From the IMG/VR virus record IMGVR_UViG_3300033146_000857, positions 32,472 to 96,471 of that record: DNA of 64,000 bases; one strand, written 5' to 3'. The position numbers and the translations under genes were made by a program. Under the pieces are notes generated by a model that saw only the letters and a list, made by a program, of their open reading frames with translations, was not told the DNA's origin and ran no database searches. Origin of the DNA: a virus. Positions 30,798-40,693 of this stretch are shown here, piece by piece (position 1 is the first letter of the stretch; each line of letters begins with the position of its first letter).

Positions 30798-31064
30798 CTA
30801 TTTTGCAGCTTTGGCTATTGCTGCCGCTTTGGCTATTGCTGCCGCTTTTTTCTCAGCCGCTTTTTTCTCAGCGTCTGTAGGTTCTTTGACTGGTTCAGCT
30901 ACTTCTACTCTAGCTGGTTCAGAAACTTCAACTATTAGACCTTCAGCGATTGCTTCACGTATAGTTGATGTAACTTTAACGTTCACGGCTTTTTTGCCAT
31001 GGACTACTTTTCCCTGCTCTGCACAGTATACAACTCTTCTAGGATCTTTAGCTTTGACTCTCAT
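30798..31064 (-). CDS. Small capsid-linked protein with Ala/Lys-rich tail
   Basis: 88 aa directly after the capsid gene; EKKAAEKKAAAIAKAAAIAKAAK. Confidence 0.6.
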   Translation of the reverse strand: MRVKAKDPRRVVYCAEQGKVVHGKKAVNVKVTSTIREAIAEGLIVEVSEPARVEVAEPVKEPTDAEKKAAEKKAAAIAKAAAIAKAAK

Positions 31065-31073
31065 GGCTTACCC

Positions 31074-32222
31074 CTAGTCTAGTTCAAGCATCATTATAGC
31101 ATCATCAAAAATCTTAGAGATTTCGTCAGAGATACTAATAACTACGCTTGTGAACTGTTGAGTTATAATCTTTTCAGTTTCTTGAAGGTCAGTTCCAGCT
31201 TGAATAACTCTCTCAAGAGCATATCTTCTATCTAGTGTTAGAATGAAGTCATCAGGAAGTGTATTGTCTGTGAATGGGAAAATTGTTACATTCTTCCATA
31301 AGCCTCTACCCATCTGAATTTCTTGAGTTATTGGACCTCTTTCAAGTGCTGCCATCATAGCTACTGGATCAACATTTGGCTTCTCCATCATGATAATCTT
31401 AAGAGCTGTATCAACGCTACAGTAGTAAGTATCAGGCGCATAAGGAGCAAAACTTGCAGTCCACTTTAACCAAGCTTCATAGTTTAGTTTATGGTCTCCA
31501 CTAGAAATAGCTGTAGATAATGTTGATGCTGCTGTTGCAACAGTTCCATTAACCGCTTTAGAGATTGCTTTTTTGAATAAGTCCGTTCTCTGTGAAAGCA
31601 TGATACGATTGATAACAATGTTCATGATATCAAGAGTAGCTTCTCTTTGGAATTCATAAGACATATCAATCTGGATACCTCTTTTTACTAAACTCTTAGA
31701 AACATCTGACCAACCAACTTGAACTCTTGGGAAAGTACCAAACTCACCAACTCTACCCATAGCGTATTTGCCATCAGTAATTGAATCAATGTGAAGTTCT
31801 TTATAAGAGCTTTGAGAAATATTTCTAGTTGTAGAAAGTAAGTCTTCAACGTTGTAGTCTTGATCTTTTAGTAAAGCCATTCTAGCCGTTTTAGAGACTA
31901 GCTCTGGAAAAAGAATCTTTGAACCATCAGTTTGTAATGAATCACTATAGCCTTCAATTGGAGCTGCATTTAAAGTCTCTTCAATTGTAGAAGCGTAAAT
32001 ACCATTAACTGGATCACCTTGAGAAACAATACCAAATCTCTTTAGTTGTCTTTCAAATGCGTCTAATGTTTCCCCAGATTTTGTTGGGTTGATTCTGTTT
32101 AGTAATTGAGAGAAGTTAATCCCTTGCTCACTAGCCAATTTGTACATATCTTTATTTAATTTTACTTTATTAGGATCTGATACTACGTCCTGTCCTAAGT
32201 CTATTCTTAAACTTTTACTCAT
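31074..32222 (-). CDS. Major capsid protein
   Basis: 382 aa; RVGEFGTFP...K.GIQIDMSYE block typical of HK97-fold capsids; gene order portal-protease-decoration-MCP. Confidence 0.85.
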   Translation of the reverse strand: MSKSLRIDLGQDVVSDPNKVKLNKDMYKLASEQGINFSQLLNRINPTKSGETLDAFERQLKRFGIVSQGDPVNGIYASTIEETLNAAPIEGYSDSLQTDGSKILFPELVSKTARMALLKDQDYNVEDLLSTTRNISQSSYKELHIDSITDGKYAMGRVGEFGTFPRVQVGWSDVSKSLVKRGIQIDMSYEFQREATLDIMNIVINRIMLSQRTDLFKKAISKAVNGTVATAASTLSTAISSGDHKLNYEAWLKWTASFAPYAPDTYYCSVDTALKIIMMEKPNVDPVAMMAALERGPITQEIQMGRGLWKNVTIFPFTDNTLPDDFILTLDRRYALERVIQAGTDLQETEKIITQQFTSVVISISDEISKIFDDAIMMLELD

Positions 32223-32232
32223 TTTAATTTCC

Positions 32233-32613
32233 TTAAATTAAGAAGAACGCAGAAAATTCATCACCATCTGCCGCCGCTGCTGTTAGAGCTACACATTTTG
32301 TAGTCATCACCTCTGTTGTTACTGCTTTAACTTTGTCACTACCTGAAGGTACTACTGCTGCGCCTGCTACGATAGCTGCACTTGCAGTTATCTTAACAAC
32401 ACCAGAAAAGTCAACTGTAACAAAATTGTCACTAGTTACTGTCTTCAAAGTTCCGAAAAACTTTGCATTTGCTGGAGCAGCTACAACTCCACCAGTAGCG
32501 TCTAGAGCAACTAATTTGCCTAAGTCACTAGCTGTTAACGCACCTGCGTTTGGAAGAGTTAAAACTCTTTTTAAGCCGTATTGTCCATCTAGTCTAAGAT
32601 TTGGGTATGCCAT
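32233..32613 (-). CDS. Capsid decoration/cement protein
   Basis: 126 aa Ala/Gly/Val-rich, ...ASAAIVAGAAV...VALTAAAADGD, immediately upstream of the MCP. Confidence 0.7.
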   Translation of the reverse strand: MAYPNLRLDGQYGLKRVLTLPNAGALTASDLGKLVALDATGGVVAAPANAKFFGTLKTVTSDNFVTVDFSGVVKITASAAIVAGAAVVPSGSDKVKAVTTEVMTTKCVALTAAAADGDEFSAFFLI

Positions 32614-32615
32614 GA

Positions 32616-33740
32616 TTATTTTCCTTTATAAATTGAGTCATTTGGTTTAAAACCATATTGCTCTGCATTGTCGTCAATTGACTGTCTACCTGCTGGTAAA
32701 GCTTTTGCTTTTTCCATGTAAGTTGCTAAATCTGCAAATAGCTTGTCTACATTTGTAGTCTCAGCGTAAGCTTCAGCTTCAAATGGTGCAGCTAATTTAG
32801 CTACTGTTTCATGTAACTTTGTTACATAAGTTTCTGCACTAGCAGTTAGTGCTTCTTTTTCAGTAGTAAGAGTCTCGGAACTTGTTTTGAACTCTTTAAG
32901 TTCTGCAAGGTCTTTATCAGCTGAAGCTAGTTTATCTTTATAAACTGTAAGCTCTGCAGTAAGATCTTTGATGTTTTTAATATCAGCTACTCTATCAGCA
33001 GCAAATTGCTCTGATCCATTTAAGTATTTAGTGTTCAAATCAGCATACTTAGCTGCTAGAGCTGTGTAGTTGTTTTGAAGACTGTCAAAATTGGCTTGTA
33101 AATCCATGGCGTTTCCTTCTTGTTTGATTTCAACTTGTTCTTGTGACACACTACCGCAAGTGATAGTCTCTATTGTACCTTCCTCGAAGATAAAATCTTT
33201 GCAAAAAGCCTCCTTACTGTTATACCCGTCATATCTAGCTGCATACTCAGATTTGATCTTTGCATCTGGTACAGCCCCAACATAGACCAAGCTTGCTTCT
33301 TGCATTGTGATATCATCTAGTAGAACGTAACACGTCTCACCGTCGTATTCTCTACCAGGTATATGGTCACAGTTAGGCCAATCTGAAATATCATTAGTAC
33401 AAATTGAACACTCATGTATTTTAGAACTAAAGCCTATAGACACTGAGTCTAGTAGTCCTGTTTCTATTCTGCTTGTAATATCAATATGCTCTGGTATCTC
33501 ATGAGGTATATAAAACTTTGCAACCACCTCTGAAGTATCTGTTACTTTAGCTTCATACCATCTTCCAGAGGGAAGGCGGCTAGTGTCATGGTTAAGCATT
33601 AATGGCTTTGACATGTCATTTATCTGTTGAGACACCTGAGCTAAAGCGTTTGCTTTGAACTTTGTTTGTCTTGTTGTTGGTTTCATATCTATCAAGATAG
33701 CTTGACTTTTATATGATCCCTCAGTAGGTTTAATCTTCAT
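32616..33740 (-). CDS. Prohead protease-scaffold fusion
   Basis: PLMLNHD, DSVSIGF, CSIC...CDHIPGREYDG, EASLVYVGA protease motifs; coiled-coil C-terminal half. Confidence 0.85.
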   Translation of the reverse strand: MKIKPTEGSYKSQAILIDMKPTTRQTKFKANALAQVSQQINDMSKPLMLNHDTSRLPSGRWYEAKVTDTSEVVAKFYIPHEIPEHIDITSRIETGLLDSVSIGFSSKIHECSICTNDISDWPNCDHIPGREYDGETCYVLLDDITMQEASLVYVGAVPDAKIKSEYAARYDGYNSKEAFCKDFIFEEGTIETITCGSVSQEQVEIKQEGNAMDLQANFDSLQNNYTALAAKYADLNTKYLNGSEQFAADRVADIKNIKDLTAELTVYKDKLASADKDLAELKEFKTSSETLTTEKEALTASAETYVTKLHETVAKLAAPFEAEAYAETTNVDKLFADLATYMEKAKALPAGRQSIDDNAEQYGFKPNDSIYKGK

Positions 33741-33751
33741 TACTTTCTCCT

Positions 33752-35179
33752 TTATTTTTTGACTTTCTTATTTGATGAACCAGTTGTTGATCCAGCACCT
33801 GCTCCACCAGTTATGCTCCTGCCTAGAGGGTCAGTATTTGGTGATATACCTTCTACATCCATACTAGGGTCACTTCCTAAGAAATTTGTTCCCATAAGGG
33901 GTTTGCTTGGTGCATGTTCTATGCCTAGTATCAAGGCTGCTTCATCATCAGTTATATGCCCAAAGCTTTGTAGTTGTAATATTCTATTTTGCTTAGCTAA
34001 TTTCTGAGGCTCTAATTCTAAAGCTGGTCTAAGATCAATAGTGTCGAAAGAACATTCTATAAAACCCTTATATCCAAGAAGCCTTGCAGACATTGTTAAT
34101 GCTTGACTCATTATTTTTGCTGACTTAGCTTGCAAATATGTAGGAGTATTAATGTATACTTTAGCTTCAACAGAGGCTGAATTTTGTGTAGATCTTCCTT
34201 TGCCTAAAATGCTGGGTAAAGATTTTAAAGCTGATACAACTTGGCCATCTAAGATTTCCATTATAGGTCTAAAATCAACTGTGCCACTAGTATTGCTACT
34301 CATGTATTCAGCCTCAATTGAATCAAAGATTACTAATGCTTCTTCTGGTTTAATCTTGCCTAGGTCAGTAGCTATCTCAGTTTTCTTTTTTCTTAGCCAT
34401 TTGGCTAATTTTACATCATCACCTTTTATATCTCTTGGAGCATGCTTCTTTAAAACATCTTCAAGTACTTTAACTTTTAGTTTAGGATAACCAGCCTTTT
34501 TCATTACTCTTTGAATATCTGCAGTTATAGCTTGTTTAAATGCCACTGCTTGAATTGCTGTTAGTAGTGGCGACTCAGCTGCAGCTTCACCAGGATCTTT
34601 ATCAAGGTCTTGGAAAAAGAATGTTGGTAAATCAAGTTTTATTTTCTTATTTCCTGGTCCATCTTGAAAAGGTGTAAAATGCCCTTTCTTATAGGTCCAT
34701 TTTATGCTAGAGCTCTTAACTAGTATGTAGTCTATAGGTAGTTTATTTTTATCTAAAACAACTTCAAGTCCAACTCCACCGTATAAGAATAACTGTCTTC
34801 TTATAGAATCAGCCAATTCTTCTGGAGTTTGTTTATTGATAGAAAATAACCAAGAAGCTTTTAAAGTAGTATTGAACTCTTTAGTTTTGTCTGCATCAAA
34901 CTCACCTTTTTCGTCTCTATAAATGATGTTTAATTTAGTGTTTGCAAATCTTAGCATTGCCCATAGAGCATTAGCCGCATCAGCGTCATATCTATGTAAG
35001 TCTTTTATAATATCATTTGAGTCTGTTCCAAGTGTTCTTATACCACCTACATCTTGGTAGGGGTTAAAACGTGCTACTTGGGCTGTATCACCATCAGACA
35101 AGTCTGGGTTAACAGCTTTTGGTGCATTGTTAGCCTTAGCCCCACCAAAGATAGTTGAAAAAACATTTTTTATAGCCAT
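33752..35179 (-). CDS. Portal protein
   Basis: 475 aa between TerL and protease; helical; size and position typical. Confidence 0.8.
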   Translation of the reverse strand: MAIKNVFSTIFGGAKANNAPKAVNPDLSDGDTAQVARFNPYQDVGGIRTLGTDSNDIIKDLHRYDADAANALWAMLRFANTKLNIIYRDEKGEFDADKTKEFNTTLKASWLFSINKQTPEELADSIRRQLFLYGGVGLEVVLDKNKLPIDYILVKSSSIKWTYKKGHFTPFQDGPGNKKIKLDLPTFFFQDLDKDPGEAAAESPLLTAIQAVAFKQAITADIQRVMKKAGYPKLKVKVLEDVLKKHAPRDIKGDDVKLAKWLRKKKTEIATDLGKIKPEEALVIFDSIEAEYMSSNTSGTVDFRPIMEILDGQVVSALKSLPSILGKGRSTQNSASVEAKVYINTPTYLQAKSAKIMSQALTMSARLLGYKGFIECSFDTIDLRPALELEPQKLAKQNRILQLQSFGHITDDEAALILGIEHAPSKPLMGTNFLGSDPSMDVEGISPNTDPLGRSITGGAGAGSTTGSSNKKVKK

Positions 35180-35199
35180 TTTATTCCTTTACAGTACCA

Positions 35200-35223
35200 A
35201 ACCAAAGTATATATACTTTGGTT
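35200..35223. other. Perfect 24-bp palindrome between terL and portal
   Basis: AACCAAAGTATATATACTTTGGTT. Confidence 0.6.
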
Positions 35224-35250
35224 ATAGATACTTTCTCGACACTTGGCAAC

Positions 35251-36924
35251 CTATTGTATGGCTACAGTGTCTAATGTGATTGGAGCTATGTGCCCCTCAA
35301 GATCTACTAATATTTTATTAGCTGCATACATATAGCCTAGGCTGTGTAATAAGTGATCTTCAGCAACCTTAACGTATCTATATTTATGCTCATCATCCTT
35401 ATCTCTCTGCTTGACCATACCCTTAAGATGTTTCTTATAAAGCTCAGGATCAAACTCTTCAGACTTATTAACCACTAGCCTAGGAGCAGCTATAACGTTA
35501 TCAAACAACTGGGTTCTGTTTAAGGTTATGTCTCTCTCATTGGCTTTAATATTATAAAGATCTTTTTGAGTATCTGAGTAATAAGCAGTGAACGCTGGAC
35601 CATCAAATATTTCACAGATGTCTTTAGCTAGTTTAGTTTGAGGTAAAGCATCACAGACTAACGTGTTGATAAAGTATCTATCTTGATACTCCTTTACCTT
35701 ATCTAATATATAGTCTTCTTTTATAGACTCATATCTATAGATGGTAATAGTATCATCAGGATTAACTTTTCCTAAGGTTAACCAACAGGTTTTACCAAAG
35801 TCAATCCCCATACAAAGGCTGAACCCAGTTGGTGCCCCAAGCTTTATCAGTTCAAACTTTTCATCCGTATCAAACATCATGTCGGATGAAACATAGTCTA
35901 ATCCTAGTGCAAAATTCACGAAGTCGGAATATTGTGTATAGTCATTCATCCCACGCAAGAGATCAAATGGTGTTTGGAAAGCTGTATCAAATGGTGTTAT
36001 CTGATAGCCTGATACTGCTCTGCCTTCGTACTTAGCCACCCATTCTCTGTCTGTATAGTCCTGGTATTGTAAAGGTCTTCTACACCCTTGACATAAGTAC
36101 TTAACGTCCACAGGTAAGACATAGGCTAAATCATCTCTAGTTATCTCCTGTAGTTCTAGGTTCTTTAACTTTGGATGGTCAACAATTATGTCATTGAAAA
36201 AAGACTGGCTAGTCTCATTCCATTTTCCACAATGTGGACACTTCTTCATATAGAACTTTTGATCTGACATATTAAATTCTCTAGAGATACCAAAGTTAGG
36301 TATTGTTGGAGTAGAGAACTTTCTAAATAGCTTCCATTTAGAGTGCTGTACACGTGAACTATATTTGTTAATAATGTCAAGGTCAGAGAAGTCGAGCTCA
36401 TCATGGATTAGCATGTCAGCTGGAACAGAAATCGCAGCCTTAGCCCCAATGGTTCCTTTTATATACATGTAGCTCTTACCTAGTTTCTTTAGTTCTTTAC
36501 TGTCAACATGAGTATCTATCATTGATTTTAACAGCTTAGATTCCTCGATAATATCGTCTACTCTGGTAGTAGAGAAGTCCAAAGCATTCTTACGAGTAGG
36601 CTGAGTTATGATAGCGGTAAGAGACTGATTACGTGCAAGGAACGCGAGTATGGCCCGTACCATTACTTCTGACAGTCCAACCTGCGCACATTTTTTCACG
36701 CATATATTTTGTGACTCATCATTCATAATCATTTCTTGGAACTCATGGTCTACAAAATTGTAAGGGACACCTTTAATCTTGGTATGTTTACACACCCAAT
36801 CGGCCTGAGTCAACGTACTATCCTTAAAGCCATATCTAGAATTCATCTCTGAAACGAAAGCTTGTAAATAAACATTATTATTTTTTACCATGATATATAC
36901 CATAGTATTAACAGTCCCAAACAA
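35251..36924 (-). CDS. terL: Terminase large subunit (GpA/SPO1-like family)
   Basis: KKCAQVGLSE Walker A, LIHDELD Walker B, FSTPT, CPHCG...CQGC zinc motif, MGIDFG and EDHLLH nuclease residues. The true start may be a downstream Met (~36891). Confidence 0.92.
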   Translation of the reverse strand: MFGTVNTMVYIMVKNNNVYLQAFVSEMNSRYGFKDSTLTQADWVCKHTKIKGVPYNFVDHEFQEMIMNDESQNICVKKCAQVGLSEVMVRAILAFLARNQSLTAIITQPTRKNALDFSTTRVDDIIEESKLLKSMIDTHVDSKELKKLGKSYMYIKGTIGAKAAISVPADMLIHDELDFSDLDIINKYSSRVQHSKWKLFRKFSTPTIPNFGISREFNMSDQKFYMKKCPHCGKWNETSQSFFNDIIVDHPKLKNLELQEITRDDLAYVLPVDVKYLCQGCRRPLQYQDYTDREWVAKYEGRAVSGYQITPFDTAFQTPFDLLRGMNDYTQYSDFVNFALGLDYVSSDMMFDTDEKFELIKLGAPTGFSLCMGIDFGKTCWLTLGKVNPDDTITIYRYESIKEDYILDKVKEYQDRYFINTLVCDALPQTKLAKDICEIFDGPAFTAYYSDTQKDLYNIKANERDITLNRTQLFDNVIAAPRLVVNKSEEFDPELYKKHLKGMVKQRDKDDEHKYRYVKVAEDHLLHSLGYMYAANKILVDLEGHIAPITLDTVAIQ

Positions 36925-36952
36925 CCAAGGAACACTGGGCTTATTGTATCAA

Positions 36953-37375
36953 TCATACTTCAACCAGTTGGTTAAATTTATCAACGATTTTGTCTTTTAG
37001 CTTTGGATCTTCTTCGTCTAGTATTTGGAAGACGGCCTCTTTAAATGACTTGACCGCATCAATACCGTTTATTTTTAGCTCATTATTTAGCATAAATTGT
37101 AAGAAACGTTGGGTGGTGTTTAATACTTGGGTATCATCTGGGTTATCGGTTAAATTTTGTTTAACCACTGTATAGGCTGCTTGAAATTCTTTCGTTATAG
37201 AAAATTCTTCGACAGCTATTTCGCTTAGGTTAAACATTTCCTTAAACTCTGCGCGAGCTATTGGATCCACAAGATCTTCTATAAAAAGTTTAGTTTTGTC
37301 ATTCTTAACCTTTTTTATAGCTCTGACTATATTTGGCGTAATTAGGTACTCTTGAGTAAGTTTATCATCTAGCAT
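36953..37375 (-). CDS. Putative terminase small subunit
   Basis: Helical ~140 aa directly upstream of terL. Start reassigned from 37396 to ATG 37375 because AAGGAG precedes it. Confidence 0.55.
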   Translation of the reverse strand: MLDDKLTQEYLITPNIVRAIKKVKNDKTKLFIEDLVDPIARAEFKEMFNLSEIAVEEFSITKEFQAAYTVVKQNLTDNPDDTQVLNTTQRFLQFMLNNELKINGIDAVKSFKEAVFQILDEEDPKLKDKIVDKFNQLVEV

Positions 37376-37430
37376 TTTTGGCTCCTTTGTTAGCATACTT
37401 ATAAGATAGAAATGTTTTGCTGAATGTCCC

Positions 37431-37790
37431 TTAGCTTAATAAGAGGTTGACTGAGGGGGGCGTTAGATTGACTGAGGGGGCGTTAGGTTGGTTGATGGAA
37501 TCTGGTTTAGCTTAATAAGAGGTTGACTGAGGGGCGTTATTTTGGTTGATGGAATCTGGTTTAGGTCGGGGTGGCTGATGGAATCTGGTTTAGGTCGGGG
37601 TGGCTGATGGAATCTGGTTTAGGCTGGGGTGGCTGATGGAATTTGAAATTTAGGGAAAACATTTGCCAAAATTTCCTGGGTAAAAATTTCGGATAAAAGA
37701 TTTTAGGGAAAACATTTGTCAAAATTTCCTGGGTATATCTGGGTAAAAAAGATTTTAGGGAAAACATTTGTCAAAATTTCCTGGGTATAT
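37431..37790 (+). repeat. Compound G/T-rich tandem repeat array at the strand switch
   Basis: TTGACTGAGGGG(G)CGTTA x3; 29-bp GATGGAATCTGGTTTAGGTCGGGGTGGCT x3, with 5 GATGGAAT cores; TTAGGGAAAACATTTGTCAAAATTTCCTGGGTA x3. Confidence 0.9.
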
Positions 37791-37874
37791 CCGGGGGCTA
37801 TATAGAGGTAGTGTACATGCGTGAGATATAACTCATGGCACCCGCCTCAAAAGTCTATATCGAAAGGATCAGTT

Positions 37875-37934
37875 ATGGCTATGGCAGCATTTGTTATTGG
37901 TTTCATTATTATTGTCAAATTTTTTATCAGCTAG
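37875..37934 (+). CDS. Tiny hydrophobic peptide (19 aa)
   Basis: AAAGGA RBS then MAMAAFVIGFIIIVKFFIS; below the ORF-track cutoff. Confidence 0.35.
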   Translation: MAMAAFVIGFIIIVKFFIS

Positions 37935-38012
37935 AGTCATCTAAGGATGATTCTATAGTGTTAACAACTGTTGCCGAAAGGCTGGTCCAGGTAAGTAATC
38001 AGAGGAGATTAT

Positions 38013-38111
38013 ATGTTAAGTAATTTAGAGCTCATAGGAACATTAGTTATATTTGTTGGGGTAGTTATGCTACCTTATATATCAGCCCGTAAAGGAGGCC
38101 ATGATGAGTAA
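38013..38111 (+). CDS. Small membrane peptide (32 aa)
   Basis: AATCAGAGGAG leader then MLSNLELIGTLVIFVGVVMLPYISARKGGHDE. Confidence 0.55.
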   Translation: MLSNLELIGTLVIFVGVVMLPYISARKGGHDE

Positions 38112-38259
38112 ACTTGTAATAAATAATAAAATAGTGGCTAGATCAAGTGATCTAGTATGGTTAAAGAAACTTGGAGTAAGTTTTAAGAGACTATGTTCTA
38201 ACAAAGAGGTTAGAATAGTTAAAGAAGACATGACTAGTCATATCTTCTTTGGGGCTTAG
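38104..38259 (+). CDS. Small basic protein (51 aa)
   Basis: AAGGAGG RBS then MSKLVINNKIVARSSDLVWLKKLGVSFKRLC... Confidence 0.55.
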   Translation: MSKLVINNKIVARSSDLVWLKKLGVSFKRLCSNKEVRIVKEDMTSHIFFGA

Positions 38260-38261
38260 AA

Positions 38262-38345
38262 ATGGAAGTCTTTATAGTTCAATGTTTTACATTAGTTGTT
38301 GTCTTAGGACTTGGTTTAATAAAATATACTATGGAGATATTATAA
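38262..38345 (+). CDS. Small membrane peptide (27 aa)
   Basis: MEVFIVQCFTLVVVLGLGLIKYTMEIL; TAATG-coupled to the next gene. Confidence 0.4.
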   Translation: MEVFIVQCFTLVVVLGLGLIKYTMEIL

Positions 38346-38557
38346 TGAGATCAGTAAAACAAATAGCCGAAGCTTTTGCTTCAGGTAAGATAAAAGGTGA
38401 TGAGAAATATACCATAGAGGCTAGAACATTGGCTAAATGCCACTCGACCCTTAGCCTAAGGGACAATGAAATAAAGTCTCTAAGATTCGAGATAGCTCGA
38501 CTTGAGCTAGATCTTATAGGCTCTAAGCAGAACCATGAGTTGGTTGTTTGGGCCTAA
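38345..38557 (+). CDS. Hypothetical early protein
   Basis: Track ORF 38249..38557; ATG 38345 has a GGAGA RBS. Confidence 0.6.
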   Translation: MRSVKQIAEAFASGKIKGDEKYTIEARTLAKCHSTLSLRDNEIKSLRFEIARLELDLIGSKQNHELVVWA

Positions 38558-38603
38558 GAATCATTTGTTGAACTTGTTGTATGATACTATTATATAACTT
38601 GTA

Positions 38604-38650
38604 AGTTTACTGGTAAGAGCTTTAAAACCAGAGATTATAATCTGAGGAGA
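38604..38650 (+). promoter_or_regulatory. Conserved early-gene leader, copy 1
   Basis: AGTTTACTGGTAAGAGCTTTAAAACCAGAGATTATAATCTGAGGAGA; CTGGT/ACCAG stem. Confidence 0.8.
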
Positions 38651-38655
38651 TTAAA

Positions 38656-39132
38656 ATGAGTTTAGACAGAGAGTTAAGACAGTTTGGGCAACCTTACTTC
38701 ACCCAAACCACTCCAGGGGGTTTAAAGTGGTATTGGACAGACACCCAAAGGATTAGGGCTAGCCTATCCCCGACTAGAAATAGAGAAATAGTAGTTAAGT
38801 TAAATAAGTTACCAGATAACTATAGCTTGACCAAGTTATTGGTTAATCTGGAAGACCAGTGGCTTAAACAGTTCCCTGAGGTAGACTGCTATCAGGGTAT
38901 AGCTCAAATAACTAACAACCGTGACTTCAGTGAGACAGTTAACTACTATCTATTTGAAGATGGTAGTATAACAAAGTTTCTATACCATAAGTATCATAGA
39001 AATCATGATATAAAGACAATAGAATTGACTACCTATCCAGTCAGATGGGACGGTGTAGCATTCAACATGAGATGTAAAAAGATCTCTAAGAGGTTAGCTG
39101 CAAAGCTGACGGGCTTAGACGCTTTACTTTAG
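38656..39132 (+). CDS. Hypothetical early protein
   Basis: 158 aa behind the conserved leader. Confidence 0.75.
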   Translation: MSLDRELRQFGQPYFTQTTPGGLKWYWTDTQRIRASLSPTRNREIVVKLNKLPDNYSLTKLLVNLEDQWLKQFPEVDCYQGIAQITNNRDFSETVNYYLFEDGSITKFLYHKYHRNHDIKTIELTTYPVRWDGVAFNMRCKKISKRLAAKLTGLDALL

Positions 39133-39177
39133 TTTACTGGTAGTATCTTTAAAACCAGAGATTATAATCTGAGGAGA
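39131..39177 (+). promoter_or_regulatory. Conserved early-gene leader, copy 2
   Basis: AGTTTACTGGTAGTATCTTTAAAACCAGAGATTATAATCTGAGGAGA. Confidence 0.8.
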
Positions 39178-39181
39178 TTAA

Positions 39182-39553
39182 ATGAACTTTCCAACAGTCC
39201 AAGAGACTATAAAAGCTTTCGAAGAAGTAGTATCAACAACTGAGTTGGCTGCCAACAGCCTAGAGACTAGAAGATCTGAACTAACAGAACTAACTCATGA
39301 AGAGTTAGTTGAAATGATTATAAGTTTTGAGAAGAGAAACACCAATAAGGGTGTTGGTGTTGGAGATCTTGCAAGAGCAATTCTTCAACATGAGGACTAT
39401 ATCACATTAAGCAACGGAGAAGTTGCTGAGGTATGTAGAGAATTAATACCAGGTAGTCAGACTTCTCATAAGAGTATAGCTTCTTATGTGAGCAAGAAGA
39501 GAGAAGAGTGGGCCTTGCCTGATAGAATTCAAGTAAGACGTAAGAAAGCTTAG
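39182..39553 (+). CDS. Putative DNA-binding (HTH-like) early protein, paralog A
   Basis: C-terminal ~70 aa closely match 44298..44711 (RELIPGSQTS.KSIASYVSKKREEW.LPDRIQVR). Confidence 0.65.
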   Translation: MNFPTVQETIKAFEEVVSTTELAANSLETRRSELTELTHEELVEMIISFEKRNTNKGVGVGDLARAILQHEDYITLSNGEVAEVCRELIPGSQTSHKSIASYVSKKREEWALPDRIQVRRKKA

Positions 39554-39563
39554 AGGTGTCTAT

Positions 39564-39610
39564 AGTTTACTGGTAAGAGCTTTAAACCAGACTTATATAA
39601 TCAGAGGAGA
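39564..39610 (+). promoter_or_regulatory. Conserved early-gene leader, copy 3
   Basis: AGTTTACTGGTAAGAGCTTTAAACCAGACTTATATAATCAGAGGAGA. Confidence 0.8.
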
Positions 39611-39612
39611 TT

Positions 39613-39864
39613 ATGATGATAGTAGACTTAAAAAGATTTAGTTTTTTCTTTAGAAATTATGTGGAAGCCAATGATATGGTTGAGGAAGTTGCTGATAATG
39701 GTAATACCTTTACCAAGGCTACTCAGGAGCTACATGATGCTCTTGAAGTAATGGGACATAAATTCTCACAAGATTGTGAAAGCTATTGTAAAGAGATCAA
39801 GACTTTACAAGCCCGAACAATAAACAAGCTTGGTAGAGATGCCAAGATGAGAGAGCTTTGCTAA
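39613..39864 (+). CDS. Hypothetical early protein
   Basis: 83 aa behind the conserved leader. Confidence 0.7.
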   Translation: MMIVDLKRFSFFFRNYVEANDMVEEVADNGNTFTKATQELHDALEVMGHKFSQDCESYCKEIKTLQARTINKLGRDAKMRELC

Positions 39865-39870
39865 AGCCAT

Positions 39871-39895
39871 ATAGGATCTTCTAAGAAGATCCTAT
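39871..39895 (+). other. Intergenic hairpin (possible RNase III/processing stem)
   Basis: ATAGGATCTTC-TAA-GAAGATCCTAT perfect 11-bp stem. Confidence 0.6.
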
Positions 39896-39936
39896 TATGT
39901 CTTTGACATAAATAAATTTTTATCTGAGGAGATATC

Positions 39937-40314
39937 ATGGAATTTAGGAACAAAGGTTTCACCTACCTACATGAAGGTGAGAATAGCTGCGAAGTTTGGT
40001 TTACTGCGGACAAGTGTTGGAAAGTTGCCTGTCAAATGGCCGATGCTAACTGTGTGTTTAAAGACTCTAGAGCCTTTAGATGGATAATGGACACTGCCCC
40101 ACAGACACAGTATAAGAAGATTAATACTGTGTTCTGGTTGAATGAGGGAACTCTTGTTATCTTTATGAGACAGTTGGAGAACGGTGAGTTTACCTTATCT
40201 AGAGTATCAGATAGTTTCTTACTGAAACGTTACCTAGCTAATAACTTTGACAGTCTAGAAAAGACCATCCAATGGGTAGTTAATAAAGCAATAGAGGAGA
40301 ACAACCATGCTTAA
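39937..40314 (+). CDS. Hypothetical early protein
   Basis: 125 aa; ATCTGAGGAG RBS. Confidence 0.75.
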   Translation: MEFRNKGFTYLHEGENSCEVWFTADKCWKVACQMADANCVFKDSRAFRWIMDTAPQTQYKKINTVFWLNEGTLVIFMRQLENGEFTLSRVSDSFLLKRYLANNFDSLEKTIQWVVNKAIEENNHA

Positions 40315-40693
40315 AGATTTTGAAAAGAAAGTTATAGCTGTTAACTTTGAACAAGCGGAACTAGGTTATGGGCCTTTAAGCTCATTCTTATATAATAATA
40401 TCGTCATAGTTGCTCCAACTATGGACGAGAATACGCAAGACTATGTTGATCCAGTAGAATACTATGGTGAGGCTTATAGTCTTTGGCTTAAAGAATTAGA
40501 AGAACTTACGATTAAGTGCACTATAACAGAAGTAGCTGGAAATATGAACCTTATAGTTACAAAAGAAGACTATGAATGTTATACTATTATGTATGATGAT
40601 AGTACTGTTTATTGTAACAAGACACAATTAGAGTATGAGTTATCCCAGTTAAAAATACCACAAGATAGTCTAGGAGGATTATATGTTAAGTAA
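40307..40693 (+). CDS. Acidic hypothetical early protein
   Basis: 128 aa; GAGGAG RBS; overlaps both neighbours. Confidence 0.7.
   Translation: MLKDFEKKVIAVNFEQAELGYGPLSSFLYNNIVIVAPTMDENTQDYVDPVEYYGEAYSLWLKELEELTIKCTITEVAGNMNLIVTKEDYECYTIMYDDSTVYCNKTQLEYELSQLKIPQDSLGGLYVK

Noticed and set aside
37561-38023. Track ORFs 37561..37767 (-) and 37835..38023 (+)
   Set aside because: The first is a translation of the repeat array. The second lacks an RBS and overlaps better-supported micro-ORFs.
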